Shown: piece by piece, positions 62,998-64,000 of the stretch | Layout of the letters: every line of letters starts with the position of its first letter | How positions within the stretch are numbered: the stretch's first letter is position 1 | DNA from: Perna viridis | Lineage: Eukaryota | DNA length: 64,000 nt | NCBI GenBank assembly: GCA_037379345.1 | Contig: CM074524.1 | Coordinates: 26,780,750-26,844,749 of the forward strand | Direction of reading: 5' to 3' | Position numbers and translations under genes: made by a program | Notes under the pieces: generated by a model | The model's database searches: none | What the model was told of the DNA's origin: nothing | Seen by the model: the letters and a program-made list of their open reading frames with translations, nothing else

Positions 62998-64000
62998 GGG
63001 GCAAGAAAGGGAAACGCATGAATTAATTTTTTGTGGGTCTATTCTTGGTTACAATATTTTTTTTCTGTAATCTATTTTTGTAGAAACTACGTTTCATTTT
63101 TTTTACAAAAAAAGCGTATTGTACTTTTTTTATAAAAAGAAACAGTAATTATTTTTTAGATGAAAAAATTGACCCTTAGGTTAAATATTTGCTTGATTTT
63201 CAATATGATTGTGATGTATTTATGGGTTTAATATTTGTCGTCTACCTTGTTCTGATGTCAATCAGAGACAAAACCTGTGAATACATTAAGTATAAGTCTT
63301 TTTTAGAATCAGACAAAAGGGAAATGTCTGACCTAAGCATGTCAAAAACCTGCCGATCTGACTAAATACTGTTAACGAATTCGTTTTTGAGGAGTTCAAA
63401 TTTTGAAATGTTCTTGAATGACAGACGAAGGAATTCTTTAATCAAGGAATCCTTTTCTATAAGAAATTACCACTGTTGTAGCACTGCATTTCTGAGTATG
63501 ATTGGTACTTTGGTTTGAAAGTAAGAAGATTGAGGTTTTTGAAAGAGACATAATTCCTTCAAATGTTAATTCGCAGTCTAATGTAATAATTAATAAATAT
63601 ACTAATTTAACCAAAATTTGTTTTGTTTTGTTAATGTCTTTAATACCAATGAGGTACCAACAACACTCCTCCCTCTAGTTCCGTATTGTGTCCGTCACTC
63701 CATATCTTGCCACTTTTTTGTATTATTCCATAAATTGTTGGACTTACAAAAACAGCAGCAATTCAAATCTTTAAAACAAAACTTTTGACCTATTTTATAC
63801 TAATTTAAATGCAAATCGGTAGGTATGTTGTAATCATGCTGCTCGTTCTACCCAGCTTTAATCTACCACTCCTCTTATACTCCTGGAAGGAATTTAATGA
63901 AATTTTTACGAGTTCTTGATATGATGCCATTGTTCTCTTTATAATTTGTTTTTCTCATTTTAATAAATTTTGGGGCTGCCTATAATTTATAAACATGGAC

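Overview
AT-rich eukaryotic genomic DNA with spliceosomal introns; the repeat content (Penelope/Naiad, CR1, Harbinger, SINEs with (AATC)n tails, frequent TACATGTA) suggests a bivalve mollusc, which is an inference. Manual splice-site and phase reconstruction gives five apparently intact multi-exon genes. (1) A ~97-aa secreted Tyr/Gln-rich orphan peptide (-). (2) A 282-aa secreted beta-propeller protein of a family I know mainly from bacteria, now carrying introns (+; candidate horizontal transfer). (3) A 164-aa four-EF-hand calmodulin-like protein (+). (4) A 591-aa type-B carboxylesterase (-). (5) A ~823-aa secreted, cysteine-free, low-complexity protein (-). A fragment with three 96-nt phase-1 coiled-coil exons runs off the left edge. 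Intergenic and intronic DNA holds nested transposons: a CR1-type LINE (2A-like motif, PHD, APE, RT) inside a TTAA-flanked TIR element; a decayed Penelope-like element with an N-terminal GIY-YIG domain (Naiad type) carrying a SINE and a MITE; a PIF/Harbinger inside a SINE; several Penelope 3' fragments that share a structured 3' RNA motif; and minisatellites and hairpins. All gene models are hand-built from sequence only, with no expression or database evidence.
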